Shown piece after piece: positions 1 through 9,779 of a DNA stretch of 64,000 bases. Source of the DNA: an uncultured Methylomirabilota bacterium (lineage in GTDB: Bacteria > Methylomirabilota > Methylomirabilia > Methylomirabilales > 2-02-FULL-66-22); NCBI GenBank assembly GCA_963845565.1, contig CAWJSJ010000005.1, positions 512,001-576,000 on the forward strand. The letters are read 5' to 3'. The translations under genes and the position numbers were made by a program. Below the pieces are notes generated by a model. It was given only the letters and a program-made list of their open reading frames with translations. It was not told the DNA's origin and searched no databases. Each line of letters opens with the position of its first letter. Positions within the stretch are counted from its first letter, which is position 1.

Positions 1-114
1 GAGGATCGCCCCCGCCAAGGCCGCCGCGGCGATCGCCAGGGAGACCGCTTGCGCCAAGCGCGGCGGAGGGGTTCGCACGGATGCCCCCACCTGCAAGGCT
101 CCGGACCCGCTCAT
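1..114 (-). CDS. Partial gene (5' end only), hydrophobic N-terminus; possibly a pilus accessory membrane protein
   Basis: ATG at 114-112 overlaps the permease stop (ATGA); frame open to the window edge: MSGSGALQVGASVRTPPPRLAQAVSLAIAAAALAGAIL. Confidence 0.45.
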   Translation of the reverse strand, partial: MSGSGALQVGASVRTPPPRLAQAVSLAIAAAALAGAIL

Positions 115-878
115 CGGAAATCACGCCGCTGGAACACCGCAATCGCGATCGCGAGGAGCGCGGCGGCGTAGAGCGCGCCGTAGATCGCCGTCAGTGCCAG
201 CGTGCCGGGGTCCAACAACAGGTCGTTCGCGACGGCGCCGCTCAGGTTGAAACGCGAGAGGTTCGGCAGCAGGTAATAGAGGCCGACGGCCATGGCCTTG
301 AGGGAGGCTCCACCGAACTGCGTAGCGAACGCCATCAAGTCGGCGCTTAATCGGCCGATGACGAACACCAGCAGGGTGTAGATCGCGCTCAAGGTCGGGG
401 TCGAGAAGGTGGAAAAGAGGATGGCGGTTGCCGTCAACACGAGAAGCTCTACCAACGTGAAACCCGCCGCCAGCAGAATCCGGGGCGTCCAGTGATCTTC
501 GAGCGCCCAGGCGAGGACCATGAGCCCGGCCGCCATGATGCCGAGGTTCACCGCCAAGGTGAGGCCCAGCCCCAGGAACTTCCCGACCAGGAATTCGGCT
601 CGGCGCACCGGTTTGGAGAGCAGGGAGAAGATGGTGCGCCGCTCGATCTCGCGCGACACCAGGTTGATCCCGATGAAGACCGCGATGAACAGGCCAAACA
701 GCGTGATGCAGGCCAGGCCTAGATTCTTCACGATCCGGCCCTCGCCGCCGACGCTCAAGGTGACGAGGATCGTCGAGCTTCCGATCATGGCGAGGGCAAA
801 CACCAGAATGCTGTACAGGATCTTGTCGCGGACGGTCTCGGTGAAGGCCATCTGCGCGATGGTCAGGATGCGTCTCAC
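111..878 (-). CDS. ABC-2 type transporter permease (PilI/XapB-like, pilus-associated)
   Basis: 255 aa with about 6 TM segments, EIERRTIFSLLSKPVRR motif and C-terminal FQRRDF; overlaps the ATPase stop. Confidence 0.85.
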   Translation of the reverse strand: MRRILTIAQMAFTETVRDKILYSILVFALAMIGSSTILVTLSVGGEGRIVKNLGLACITLFGLFIAVFIGINLVSREIERRTIFSLLSKPVRRAEFLVGKFLGLGLTLAVNLGIMAAGLMVLAWALEDHWTPRILLAAGFTLVELLVLTATAILFSTFSTPTLSAIYTLLVFVIGRLSADLMAFATQFGGASLKAMAVGLYYLLPNLSRFNLSGAVANDLLLDPGTLALTAIYGALYAAALLAIAIAVFQRRDFR

Positions 879-1810
879 GCTGTGGTCCCCCGGCTGGCCT
901 CCAAGAAGATCGTTTCCAGGCTCCGCCGCTGCGGGACGACGGACAGCACCCGGCTCTTGGCGCCGACCAGCATGAAGAGAGCGACCTCCAACTCCGCCTC
1001 GCCCGGGAGCCGGACCATCACACGATCGTCCTGGACCAACGGCGGCGAAAGGGCCAGTCGCTCCACCGCCGCGAGTGTCTCCGCGGGAATGGAGGTCGCG
1101 GTGACCTCGATGGATTCCAATTCCTCTCCCAGCAAGGTGCGCATGGACCCCGAGCGGACCAGTCGCCCCCCGACCAGGATACCCACCCGGTCACAGATCA
1201 TCTCGACGTCGGGCAGGATGTGCGTGCTGAAGAAGACCGTGCGTCCCGCCGCCCGCTGCCGGAGGATGAGGTCCCTGACCTCCTTGCGGCCGATCGGATC
1301 CAGGCCGGACATCGGCTCGTCCAGGATCAGGAGGGACGGGTCGCCGAGCAGCGCCTGGGCGAGCCCCAGCCGCTGGACCATGCCCTTGGAGTACTTCCGA
1401 ATCTGCTGGCGCACCGCGCGGTCCAGCCCGACCTCCGTCAAAAGGGCCGGCACCTGCTCCCGGAGCGCTCCCCGCGGCACGCCCAGTAGTCGTCCGCAAA
1501 ACGTCAGGAACTCCTGTCCGGTCAAGTACTCGTAGAATGAGGGATTCTCGGGCAGAAAGCCGATGCGGCCCCGGGTGGAGGCATCACCCAGCGGGCGTGT
1601 CAACACGCGGCCGTTACCGGCGGTCGGCCGGATCAAGCCCAGCAAGAGCTTGATGGTGGTGGATTTCCCGGCCCCGTTGGGCCCCAGGTATCCGAAGGTC
1701 TCGCCGCCGCGGACCTCCAGGGTCAGGTCGCTCAGGACACGCACGCGTCGGCCCCAAAAGCCGACGCGGTAATCCTTGGACAGCCCTTCGATCTGGATGA
1801 CCGGTTCCAT
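875..1810 (-). CDS. ABC transporter ATP-binding protein (PilH/XapD-like)
   Basis: Walker A GPNGAGKST, signature YSKGM, Walker B LILDEP, H-loop STH; start placed at ATG 1810 (MEPVIQIEG). Confidence 0.9.
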   Translation of the reverse strand: MEPVIQIEGLSKDYRVGFWGRRVRVLSDLTLEVRGGETFGYLGPNGAGKSTTIKLLLGLIRPTAGNGRVLTRPLGDASTRGRIGFLPENPSFYEYLTGQEFLTFCGRLLGVPRGALREQVPALLTEVGLDRAVRQQIRKYSKGMVQRLGLAQALLGDPSLLILDEPMSGLDPIGRKEVRDLILRQRAAGRTVFFSTHILPDVEMICDRVGILVGGRLVRSGSMRTLLGEELESIEVTATSIPAETLAAVERLALSPPLVQDDRVMVRLPGEAELEVALFMLVGAKSRVLSVVPQRRSLETIFLEASRGTTA

Positions 1811-1913
1811 CCGCACCTCAGGTGTGGCAACCTTCCGTATTAGACCCAATCATTCCGCTGTTCGTCAAGAGGGTTTGCCATTCACGCCGCGGCTCCGGCG
1901 TCTGGAGGTGAGG

Positions 1914-4900
1914 TTACGACCCGGTTCCATACAAGGAGAAGGATAACTCCTCGACTGCCTTGCGGGCCGCGACGTTCATCGGTTCCAAGCGCAGGCAGCG
2001 GCGGAAAGCTTGGAGGGCCTGCGTCTTGTCGTCCTGCGCCCTGTGAAGTCTGCCCAGCGCGAGATAGACCTCTGGCTGGAAGGGATCCCTGAGGGCGGCC
2101 TTCCGGAGGGCGGCCAAGGCCTCATCGAAGCGCCTGGCCTCCAGGTTCGCCAGTCCCAGCTGGTATTGGGCGAATGCGTTCTCCGGGTCGCTGGACGCGG
2201 CCCGGCGAAACGCCTCGAGCGCCTCGGCCGGGCGGCCTGCGCCCTGGTATGCCAGGCCAAGACCGGACCACACACGTGCGTCCTTGGCAGTGATCTCCAC
2301 GGCGACGAGATACGCCCGGATCGCCTCGTCGAAGCGCCGTCGCTCCCGCAGCAGATCCGCCAAGCCGGCCGCGTTCCGCGGGTCCTTGGGGTGCAGTGCC
2401 GCCGCGCCGCGCAGGTGCGTCTCGGCGAGGTCCCACATCCGCTGTCCCCGGTACAATTGCGCGAGGGCCTCGTGCGCTTCGACCATGGTGGCGTCTAACC
2501 GAAGGACGGCCTTCAAGTCGGCTTCCGCCAAGAGGACAGACCCCGACCGGAGATAGATCTTTCCGCGATGAATCAGTGCGATGACGTCCTTGGGATTGCC
2601 CCGGAGTGCCCGCTCAAACTGAGGCATGGCCTCGTCCGGCAGATCCTTGGCCCAGAGCGCCAACCCCAGGTCCCGCCGGAACGCGGACGAGTTCAGGGAC
2701 TCGTCGGACAGGCCGACGATGGGCGGGTATGGTCGTCGCTCGAACGATTTCAGCACGCGCCAGTTCAGGTCCACGGTATCGGCGTACAGGCTGTCCGGCG
2801 CCGAGAATTCCAGGAAGGGCAGGTCGTCGGTGTTCACCAGCGCATGCTGGGCGTACTGGGCGGCGTCTTCCTCCACCAGGGCGAAATCCGCCAAGATGGC
2901 CAGCGGGGAGTGCAACCCCAGCCTTGCCATATCCTCCTTGAGGCCGGGGACCGCGCCGTATTTCGCCTGCAGGGTGGCGTGGTCCAGCGTCCAGGGGTCT
3001 TTCGAGCCGAGCAGGAGGAGATCCCCCCGGGTGGTGTTCCAGATGGTGGTGTGCGGGAACACGGACCGGAACGTCTTGACCACCATCTTCAGGTCTTCGG
3101 GGAAGAGTCCGTAGGTGTGGATCCACTGGCACACGATGCCTTTGGGGGCGAGCCGCTGAGCCGTCAGCTCGTAGAAATCCAGGGAGAACAGGTTCCCGAT
3201 GCCTCGCATCCATGGGTTCGACGGCTCGGAGATGATGACATCATAGCCTCCATCCGAGGCGAGGAGAAAGTTGCGGCCGTCGGCGATGGCCACGCGCGCC
3301 TTCGGGTTCTTCAGGAGCTCGCGATTCTCCTTGGCGAAAAACGCCGCGGCTTCCACGACCGCGGGCTCGATCTCGATGACGTCGATCCGCTCCAGCGGGT
3401 GGAGGGACACCGCCCCCGCCGTCACGCCGCTTCCCATGCCGATCACCAGCGCACGCTTGGCGTCGGGCCGGATGAACATGGGGAGATGCCCCGACATGAG
3501 CTGCGTGTGCATGTCCCCGGCGTTGCTGGCGTCCGTCTTTCCGTTGACCCGCATATACAGCAGCTCCCCCTGCCGGTGAACGGAAACGGTTGCGCTGAGC
3601 CCGTCCTTGTAATACAGGAGGCGGTCATCGGTTAGCATGGCGCTCCGGAACTCCGCCTTGCCGAGACGGCCGAAGTAGCTTCGTCCGTAGATGGCGACGC
3701 CGCTGGTCATGACGTTCGCGTCCCACGCGGGGGCGACGTACAACCCGCCCAGCGCAAGCAGGGAGATCGCGATCGCCGCCCCCTGTCGCCATCCGGTCAT
3801 CCGGGATGCGAGCAGGATCGCCACGGCGAGGCAGAGGTTCATGGACACCGCCAGCTTGAGTGTGAACTGCAGACCCCAGACGGGGATCAGCAGGAACCCG
3901 GCGACCATGGTGCCGGCGATCGCGCCGGTGGTGTTGACGAGGTACACCCGGCCGACATCGCGCCCAACACGGTTCATCGCCCTGGACACGATCTGGATTG
4001 CGCAGGGGAACGTGGCGCCCATGAAGAGGGTCGGGATGAACATGGCGAGCGCGCTGATAAAGAACTGGACCACTTTCATGAATCCGGGGGACTGGGAGAT
4101 CTGGAAGATCCGAAGGAACAGCTCGGGAATCCGGTCGAAGAACGGCGTCACCAAGAGCGCGCTCAGCCCGATACCCAGCTGGAGGCCGCCGAAGAAGACC
4201 GGAGTGATCCGGAGGCGTCCCGCCACGCGCGAGTACAGATAGCTTCCCAGGGCCAGGCCAGTGAGAAACGTCACCAGCATCGTGGTGAAGGCGTAGGTGG
4301 AGCTTCCGATGACGAGGGCGAGCGCTCTGGTCCAGGCGACCTCGTACATCATCGAGGCGGCCCCCGATATCCCCAGACCCACCACGGTGAGCCACACCGC
4401 CACGGCCGGCGGCCCCTCGGGCGCGGGAACCGTGATCTCCGACGCGGGTGCAGTCACCGCCACGGCCTCGGCCTGCCCGCCCGGGGTCTCGTGCCCAAGC
4501 TGCCGCAGGTGCCGGTCGAAGACGACCGCCAAGGCCCCGATCCCGATATTCGCGATGGCAGCGAGCAAGAGGGTGGTCCGGACGCCCAGTGTCGGGATGA
4601 GATGGAACCCCGCAGCGTATGTTCCCAGCACGGCGCCGAACGTGTTCAAGGCGTACAGCCTGCCCACCTGTCCACCCAGCACCTCGAGACTCCGCACGAA
4701 GAATCTGCTCAGCACCGGGAGTGTCGCACCCATGAGGGTGGTGGGGATCAACAGGATCAGGAAAATGAGCAGGAATTGCAACAGGCTGAAGGTGAAGAAT
4801 GACAGCCCGAACGCGCGATGGAGCGGGATGTAGATATCTTCAGCGCGAGAGAACAGGAACGGCGTGATGAGGGCGTACGCCCCGATTCCGATTTCGAGCA

Positions 4901-5165
4901 CTCCGTAGAGCCGGAGCGGGCGAGAACTCCGGTCGGCCACGCCTCCGAACAGGTAGCTCCCCAGGCCCAAGCCGGCCATGAAGGCGGCCAGGACGGTCGT
5001 GATGGCGAAGACCGTATGGCCGAATACGAGCCCAAGGATGCGCGTCCAGAGGACCTCGTAGATCAGGCCGGTTGCTCCCGAGCAGAGGAAGCAGACGGTG
5101 ACCGCGGCAAAGATCTGCCGCGTCTCCTTTTCGACCTCCCGCAGCGGATCGGCCCCTGAACCCAT
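1914..5165 (-). CDS. Fused multi-TM (MFS-like) / spermidine-synthase-like SAM-fold / TPR protein
   Basis: Two duplicated TM blocks (YEVLWTR / YEVAWTR), class I SAM motifs LVIGMGSGVT, IEIEPAVV, DGRNFL, YDVIISEPSNPW, C-terminal TPRs; GGAGG RBS upstream. Confidence 0.85.
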   Translation of the reverse strand: MGSGADPLREVEKETRQIFAAVTVCFLCSGATGLIYEVLWTRILGLVFGHTVFAITTVLAAFMAGLGLGSYLFGGVADRSSRPLRLYGVLEIGIGAYALITPFLFSRAEDIYIPLHRAFGLSFFTFSLLQFLLIFLILLIPTTLMGATLPVLSRFFVRSLEVLGGQVGRLYALNTFGAVLGTYAAGFHLIPTLGVRTTLLLAAIANIGIGALAVVFDRHLRQLGHETPGGQAEAVAVTAPASEITVPAPEGPPAVAVWLTVVGLGISGAASMMYEVAWTRALALVIGSSTYAFTTMLVTFLTGLALGSYLYSRVAGRLRITPVFFGGLQLGIGLSALLVTPFFDRIPELFLRIFQISQSPGFMKVVQFFISALAMFIPTLFMGATFPCAIQIVSRAMNRVGRDVGRVYLVNTTGAIAGTMVAGFLLIPVWGLQFTLKLAVSMNLCLAVAILLASRMTGWRQGAAIAISLLALGGLYVAPAWDANVMTSGVAIYGRSYFGRLGKAEFRSAMLTDDRLLYYKDGLSATVSVHRQGELLYMRVNGKTDASNAGDMHTQLMSGHLPMFIRPDAKRALVIGMGSGVTAGAVSLHPLERIDVIEIEPAVVEAAAFFAKENRELLKNPKARVAIADGRNFLLASDGGYDVIISEPSNPWMRGIGNLFSLDFYELTAQRLAPKGIVCQWIHTYGLFPEDLKMVVKTFRSVFPHTTIWNTTRGDLLLLGSKDPWTLDHATLQAKYGAVPGLKEDMARLGLHSPLAILADFALVEEDAAQYAQHALVNTDDLPFLEFSAPDSLYADTVDLNWRVLKSFERRPYPPIVGLSDESLNSSAFRRDLGLALWAKDLPDEAMPQFERALRGNPKDVIALIHRGKIYLRSGSVLLAEADLKAVLRLDATMVEAHEALAQLYRGQRMWDLAETHLRGAAALHPKDPRNAAGLADLLRERRRFDEAIRAYLVAVEITAKDARVWSGLGLAYQGAGRPAEALEAFRRAASSDPENAFAQYQLGLANLEARRFDEALAALRKAALRDPFQPEVYLALGRLHRAQDDKTQALQAFRRCLRLEPMNVAARKAVEELSFSLYGTGS

Positions 5166-5244
5166 GGCGTGTCCTCCTGAGGTGACGCGATTATCTCGTG
5201 ATCGGCTTCTGGAGTCTTTTACTGGAATCCGCGGTTATCCACAA

Positions 5245-5296
5245 CAAAAAGAAGAAACAGAAAGGGGCAGGCGGTGATCTCACGCCTGCCCCCCTT
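5245..5296 (-). terminator. Rho-independent terminator after pilA
   Basis: GGGGCAGGCG/CGCCTGCCCC stem (5264-5292) followed on the minus strand by TTTCTGTTTCTTCTTTTTG. Confidence 0.8.
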
Positions 5297-5330
5297 CCGT
5301 TTCTAGCCCGGAATCAGTCCGGGGCGAGAG

Positions 5331-5807
5331 TTAGGCCTTGCCTTGCCAGGAACCGTACACGCTGGAGTAGCCGACGCCGCCGTCGACGGTTTCGGCCGGC
5401 ACGCCCGTGAGGGGCACGAAGCCTGTCGCCGGGCAGTCCGCGCCAGCCGCGGTCGGGCCCTTGCTGCAGACTGCCATCTCACCCTGCGTGGCCGGGGTGG
5501 CGGTGCTGGCGAATGCCGCCGAATAAGACCACGGGCCATTCCACGGATCGTTGTTCCCGATGTTGGCATAGCTGGAATCGCGCAGCTGCTTCATGGTGCC
5601 GGGGTTCTGGTTCTTGTCGTTCGAGTACACGATGGCCTGGGTGACCGCTGTCTTGGTGTCGGACGCCGCCCGCGCGTACTTCGATTTCTTCTGCGCCGAG
5701 AGCAGGTTCGGGATGGCGATGGCGGCCAGGATGCCGATGATCGCCACGACGATCAAGAGTTCGATGAGGGTAAAGCCCTTGGTCTTCTTCCGGATCAGCT
5801 TCCGCAT
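5331..5807 (-). CDS. pilA: Type IVa major pilin
   Basis: Class III signal MRKLIRKKTKG/FTLIELLIVVAIIGILAAIAIP with Glu5; AGGAGG RBS; own sigma54 promoter and terminator. Confidence 0.92.
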   Translation of the reverse strand: MRKLIRKKTKGFTLIELLIVVAIIGILAAIAIPNLLSAQKKSKYARAASDTKTAVTQAIVYSNDKNQNPGTMKQLRDSSYANIGNNDPWNGPWSYSAAFASTATPATQGEMAVCSKGPTAAGADCPATGFVPLTGVPAETVDGGVGYSSVYGSWQGKA

Positions 5808-5889
5808 GGCACATCCTCCTTTTTTCGGGTTGGGTTGTGATTCCATCAAGCCACTTTTCGCAATGGAACCTCTGACGGGTTCTCTGGAA

Positions 5890-5905
5890 TGCAGAAGCGG
5901 TGCCA
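5890..5905 (-). promoter_or_regulatory. Sigma54 (-24/-12) promoter of pilA
   Basis: Minus strand TGGCACCGCTTCTGCA (GG-N10-GC); the activator gene pilR is in the locus. Confidence 0.8.
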
Positions 5906-6074
5906 TGAGGCTCTCGCTGCCTGATTCGGTTGAGGATTACCGAGAATCCATTTGGAAACAAGGAGTTGCAGATCAGAGAATCGGGAGAGAAAGTCTGCTA
6001 TTCGACGCGTGTGGAAGGCGTGGGAGGGGCAATTGGCTGAAACTTTTTTTCCTCGCTGACACGAATTGTCACTC

Positions 6075-8301
6075 TCATGGCTTGCAGGACCCCGGTTCCA
6101 GGGAGGGGGATTCGCTCAGGAGCCACCCCTCCCTGGTGAACCGCGTCACCGTCCGTGCGCATCGGACGGTACGAGCATCCGTTTCCCCGATCTCGACCTC
6201 GTAACGCACGGTCGCCGAACGCTCGCCACCGAGGAGCGAGTGAATCCAGGCCAGGCGGACCGGTTGGGACCCCGTTCCCCAGTCCGGGCGGCGGGTGGGA
6301 TGCAGCAGATAGGTTTCCGCCCGAGCCCAGCCCCCCTCGGCCCAACCGCGCCAAAAGCTCCCGATGACGGCCTCTGGCGACGTCTGCCCCGGGCGATTCG
6401 TGATGGCGCAGATCCCGCGGGTATCCGGCTGCGCGAGCAGGGCTGCGCGGGCGGTGGCGGCCTGCCGACCGGCGGGATCGGCGCCCTGTTCGTACAGGCG
6501 CGCTGCGATGCGACTCATGCGAGCCAAAAGGTACCGATCTCCAGGGGCCAGGCAACGGGCCTCGCTGGTCAGGACCCGTTCCGGAGTGAACAGGGACACG
6601 GCGCGCTCGTACGCGTGTATGCTCTCCGCGGATCTTCCGAGAGACGCCAACGCCTCGACCAGGCCGGCGTGATACGACAGGTGGGCTGCCGGCGCCAGTT
6701 CCACGGCGTGGCGGTACGCGGTCGTTGCCGCCTCCCAGTGGCCTCCGGCCAGCGCCATCTCGCCCACGAGGGCGTGAGCGTTGGGATCCTGCGAGGCACT
6801 CCACAGCGTCCGCTCGGCGGCCGTGAGCGCCGCCTGGGGGTCGCCGGCGCGGAGCCGGGTCCACGCGCCCCAGTAGTGAGCTGAGAAGCTGAGGGGATTG
6901 AGCCACCGTGCGCGAGCCAAGTTCTTCTCGGCGTCCGCCACGTGGCCCGCCGCCAACTCGGTGCGCCCCTGCGCCACCAGCGCGGCGGAACCGTAGCGGG
7001 CGGCCCCGACGCCTGCCACGATTGCCAGCGCCAGCAACACGGCGCCGGTCCGGATCGGGGACATCCGGCGGCGCGGCCGTTCCGTCGAGAGAGGCCGGCT
7101 CCCGGTGGCGGCGAGGCCAAGCAGGACTACGCTCGTGAGCGCGATGGCTGGGAAGCTCCAGTCCAGGTCCACGCCGTTGTGGACCGCAAACGCCACCAGC
7201 GCTGCGATCAGGATCATTCGACGGGAGCGCGCGGTGTGCGCGAGGGGAAGGCGGCCCCCGGCCATCGCGGCGCGCGCCAGGCAGATCAGGAGCGTGAGGC
7301 CCGCGAGGATCGCCACGGCCAGCCCGTATTCCGCCGCGATCTCCAGGTAGAGGTTGTGCGGGTTCTCGCCGCTCGTGTAGGGGAGCGCCTGATAGCGCGT
7401 CAACGCCATCGGGAAAGCTCCTGGCCCGACGCCAAGCCAGGGGTGGTCCCGGATCATGGCCCAGGTCCATTGCAGGATGGACAGACGCCACTGGACCGAG
7501 GTGTCGCCGCCCTCGTTCGGTCCGCCCGGCCAGACGAACCACAAGAGGCCGAGCAGTCGGTGACCCATGAGGTAGATTCCGCCGGCGACGAAAAACGTGG
7601 CAGCGCCTGCCCACAGCCATCGCCGCGCCCACCAGCGCTCCCGCTCCAGCAGCGCCCAGATCAGAATCGCCGACGCATGCCGCCAGCACGGCGCCCCGCG
7701 AGCGCGTGAGGTAGAGGCCGGCGGGAAATAGCGCGCAGCCGACGACCGCCGCGGCCCGCTCCAGCCGACTGCGGTCACCCAGGACCGACGCGACGGCCGC
7801 CCCGCCGGCCAGGAGGAGAAACCCGGCCATGGCATTCGGATAACCAAACGGCCCGACGAGGACCGTGGCGTAAAAGCCGGGCTCGCCTCCATGGAAGTAC
7901 CAGACGATCCCGAGCCCGGTCGCCAACAGCCCCGAGATCAGGCAGGCACCCAGGAGCACCCGCTCCGTCCGCGGATCGTCTCGGACACCGCGCATGGCAA
8001 GGGATCCCGCCACGACATACGCCGAGAGGAGGAGCACGGTTTGGATGGTGCGATCCCAGAGCAGGGTGTGGACCGCCGAGGCGACGACCAGGGATAGAAT
8101 CGCCAGGAACAGCGGCGTCGGCCGGGGTGGCCAGGCTGGGCGCCCCGTCAGGAGTGCCGCCGCTCCAGCCGACGCGAGGACCAGGAGCAGTGTGGCCTGC
8201 CCGGCCGCGGACCGACCGCCGTCCAGCCAGGGCAGCCCGATCAGGAGCGCGGCCATCAGGACGACGGAAAGCGGGATCACGCGAGACTCAGGGGGCGTCA
8301 T
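6075..8301 (-). CDS. O-antigen ligase (Wzy_C) family membrane protein with TPRs, candidate pilin oligosaccharyltransferase; +1 frameshift near 7668
   Basis: N-half (frame of 8301): GPFGYPNAMAGFL, LTRSRGA. C-half (ORF 6075..7892): WRLSILQWTWAMIRDHPWLGVGPGAF, NPHNLYLEIAAEYG, AVHNGVD. Removing one base joins ACVG to ILIWALL. Confidence 0.8.
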
Positions 8302-9688
8302 GATTCCGGTCGCGGTCCTGCCGATCGAGGCCGTACTTCCTCGCCCGATACCGGAAGGAGCGGAAATTGATGCCCAGCAATTGCGCCGCGCGCGTTTGGA
8401 CCCCGCCTGCCTTCTCGAGGGCGTCCCTGAGGAGCGCCTGCTCGATGTCGGCGATCACCTGTTCCAGGTTGAGCCCCTCGGGCGGAACCTCCCATTTCTG
8501 AGGACGGGACGTGGTGGCCGTGTGGAAGATGCTGGCCGGGAGCGTCTCGAGGTGGACCTCGTCGGTGGTCGCAAGCGCCACCGCGCGTTCCATCACGTTC
8601 TCCAGCTCTCGCACATTCCCGGGCCAGGCGTGCGCCAGCAGCGCCTCCATCGCCTCCGGCGCGATGCGCATGGCATGGCGGCCGGCGCGCGCCGCGAAAA
8701 GACTCAGGAAGTTGGTCGCCAGGAGGGGGATGTCTTCGCGACGATCGCGGAGCGGGGGCATCTCGACCGCGATGACGTTGAGACGGTAATACAGATCCTC
8801 CCGGAACGTGCCCATCCGGATGAGCTGGGCCGGGTCCTTGTTGGTGGCGGCGAGGGTGCGGATGTCCGCCTCCAGGTCCTCGGTGCCCCCGACCCGGCGG
8901 AACATATGGTCCTGGAGGAAGCGGAGCAGTTTGACCTGGAGGTTTGGGCTCATCTCGGCCACTTCGTCGAGGAACAGCGTTCCTCCGCGCGCCACCTCGA
9001 CCAAGCCGGCCTTGTGGGCGATGGCGCCGGTGAAGGAGCCCTTGACATGACCGAAGAGCTCGCTCTCCAGGAGTTCCTCCGGGATGGCCCCACAGTTGAT
9101 CGCCACGAAGGGCTTCTCGGCGCGCGGGGAGTTGTAGTGGATGGTCCGGGCCACGAGTTCCTTGCCCGTCCCGCTCTCCCCGGTAATCAGGAGGGACGAA
9201 TCCACCAGAGCCACGCGGCTGATCAGCTTGTACAACTCGACCATCCGGGGGCTCCGACCGATGATCCCGCGAAGTGCGGGCTCGGCGGCGGGCAGGGGGG
9301 AAGCTGTCTGGCTCTCGTGGCGTTCTGCCGCCTCCTCCAGCGCTCGCCGGATGACCAGTTTGATCTCGTCCATCTTGAAGGGTTTGGTGAGGTAGTCGAA
9401 CGCGCCTTGCTTCATGGCCTGGATGGCGGACTCCGAATCGGCGTAGGCGGTGATCATGATCACCGGCGTGGTGAACCCGTGCTCCCGTAATCCGGCCAGC
9501 AAGCCGACTCCATCCAGCCCGGGCATCTTGATATCGGAGATCACGAGATTCGGGGCGCGGTTCATGGCCAGCGCCAAGCCGGTCGCCCCATCCCCGGCGG
9601 TCAGGACCTCGTATCCTTCCTTTTCGAGCAGGATGCGCAAGAGATCGCGCATCCCGGCTTCATCGTCCACGACGAGGATGCGACTCAC
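8288..9688 (-). CDS. pilR: Sigma54-dependent response regulator PilR (REC-AAA+-HTH)
   Basis: REC domain, GESGTGKE, GSFTGA variant of GAFTGA, FREDLYYRL, WPGNVREL, Fis HTH; GTG start at 9688. Confidence 0.9.
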   Translation of the reverse strand: MSRILVVDDEAGMRDLLRILLEKEGYEVLTAGDGATGLALAMNRAPNLVISDIKMPGLDGVGLLAGLREHGFTTPVIMITAYADSESAIQAMKQGAFDYLTKPFKMDEIKLVIRRALEEAAERHESQTASPLPAAEPALRGIIGRSPRMVELYKLISRVALVDSSLLITGESGTGKELVARTIHYNSPRAEKPFVAINCGAIPEELLESELFGHVKGSFTGAIAHKAGLVEVARGGTLFLDEVAEMSPNLQVKLLRFLQDHMFRRVGGTEDLEADIRTLAATNKDPAQLIRMGTFREDLYYRLNVIAVEMPPLRDRREDIPLLATNFLSLFAARAGRHAMRIAPEAMEALLAHAWPGNVRELENVMERAVALATTDEVHLETLPASIFHTATTSRPQKWEVPPEGLNLEQVIADIEQALLRDALEKAGGVQTRAAQLLGINFRSFRYRARKYGLDRQDRDRNHDAP

Positions 9689-9779
9689 GATTCTTCCCTC
9701 ACCCCAGGCCAACGAGAAACGGCCGCCAACCGGTGCCGCGCACGCCCGTTATGGTCGGAGGGGGCGTGCCGCGTGCGGT

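Noticed and set aside
5235..5243. Perfect DnaA box TTATCCACA
   Set aside because: Single box with no cluster, unwinding element or dnaA context; not an origin.
5331..5807. Geobacter-type short conductive e-pilin
   Set aside because: The mature pilin is about 147 aa with a globular domain, not the truncated ~60-aa type.
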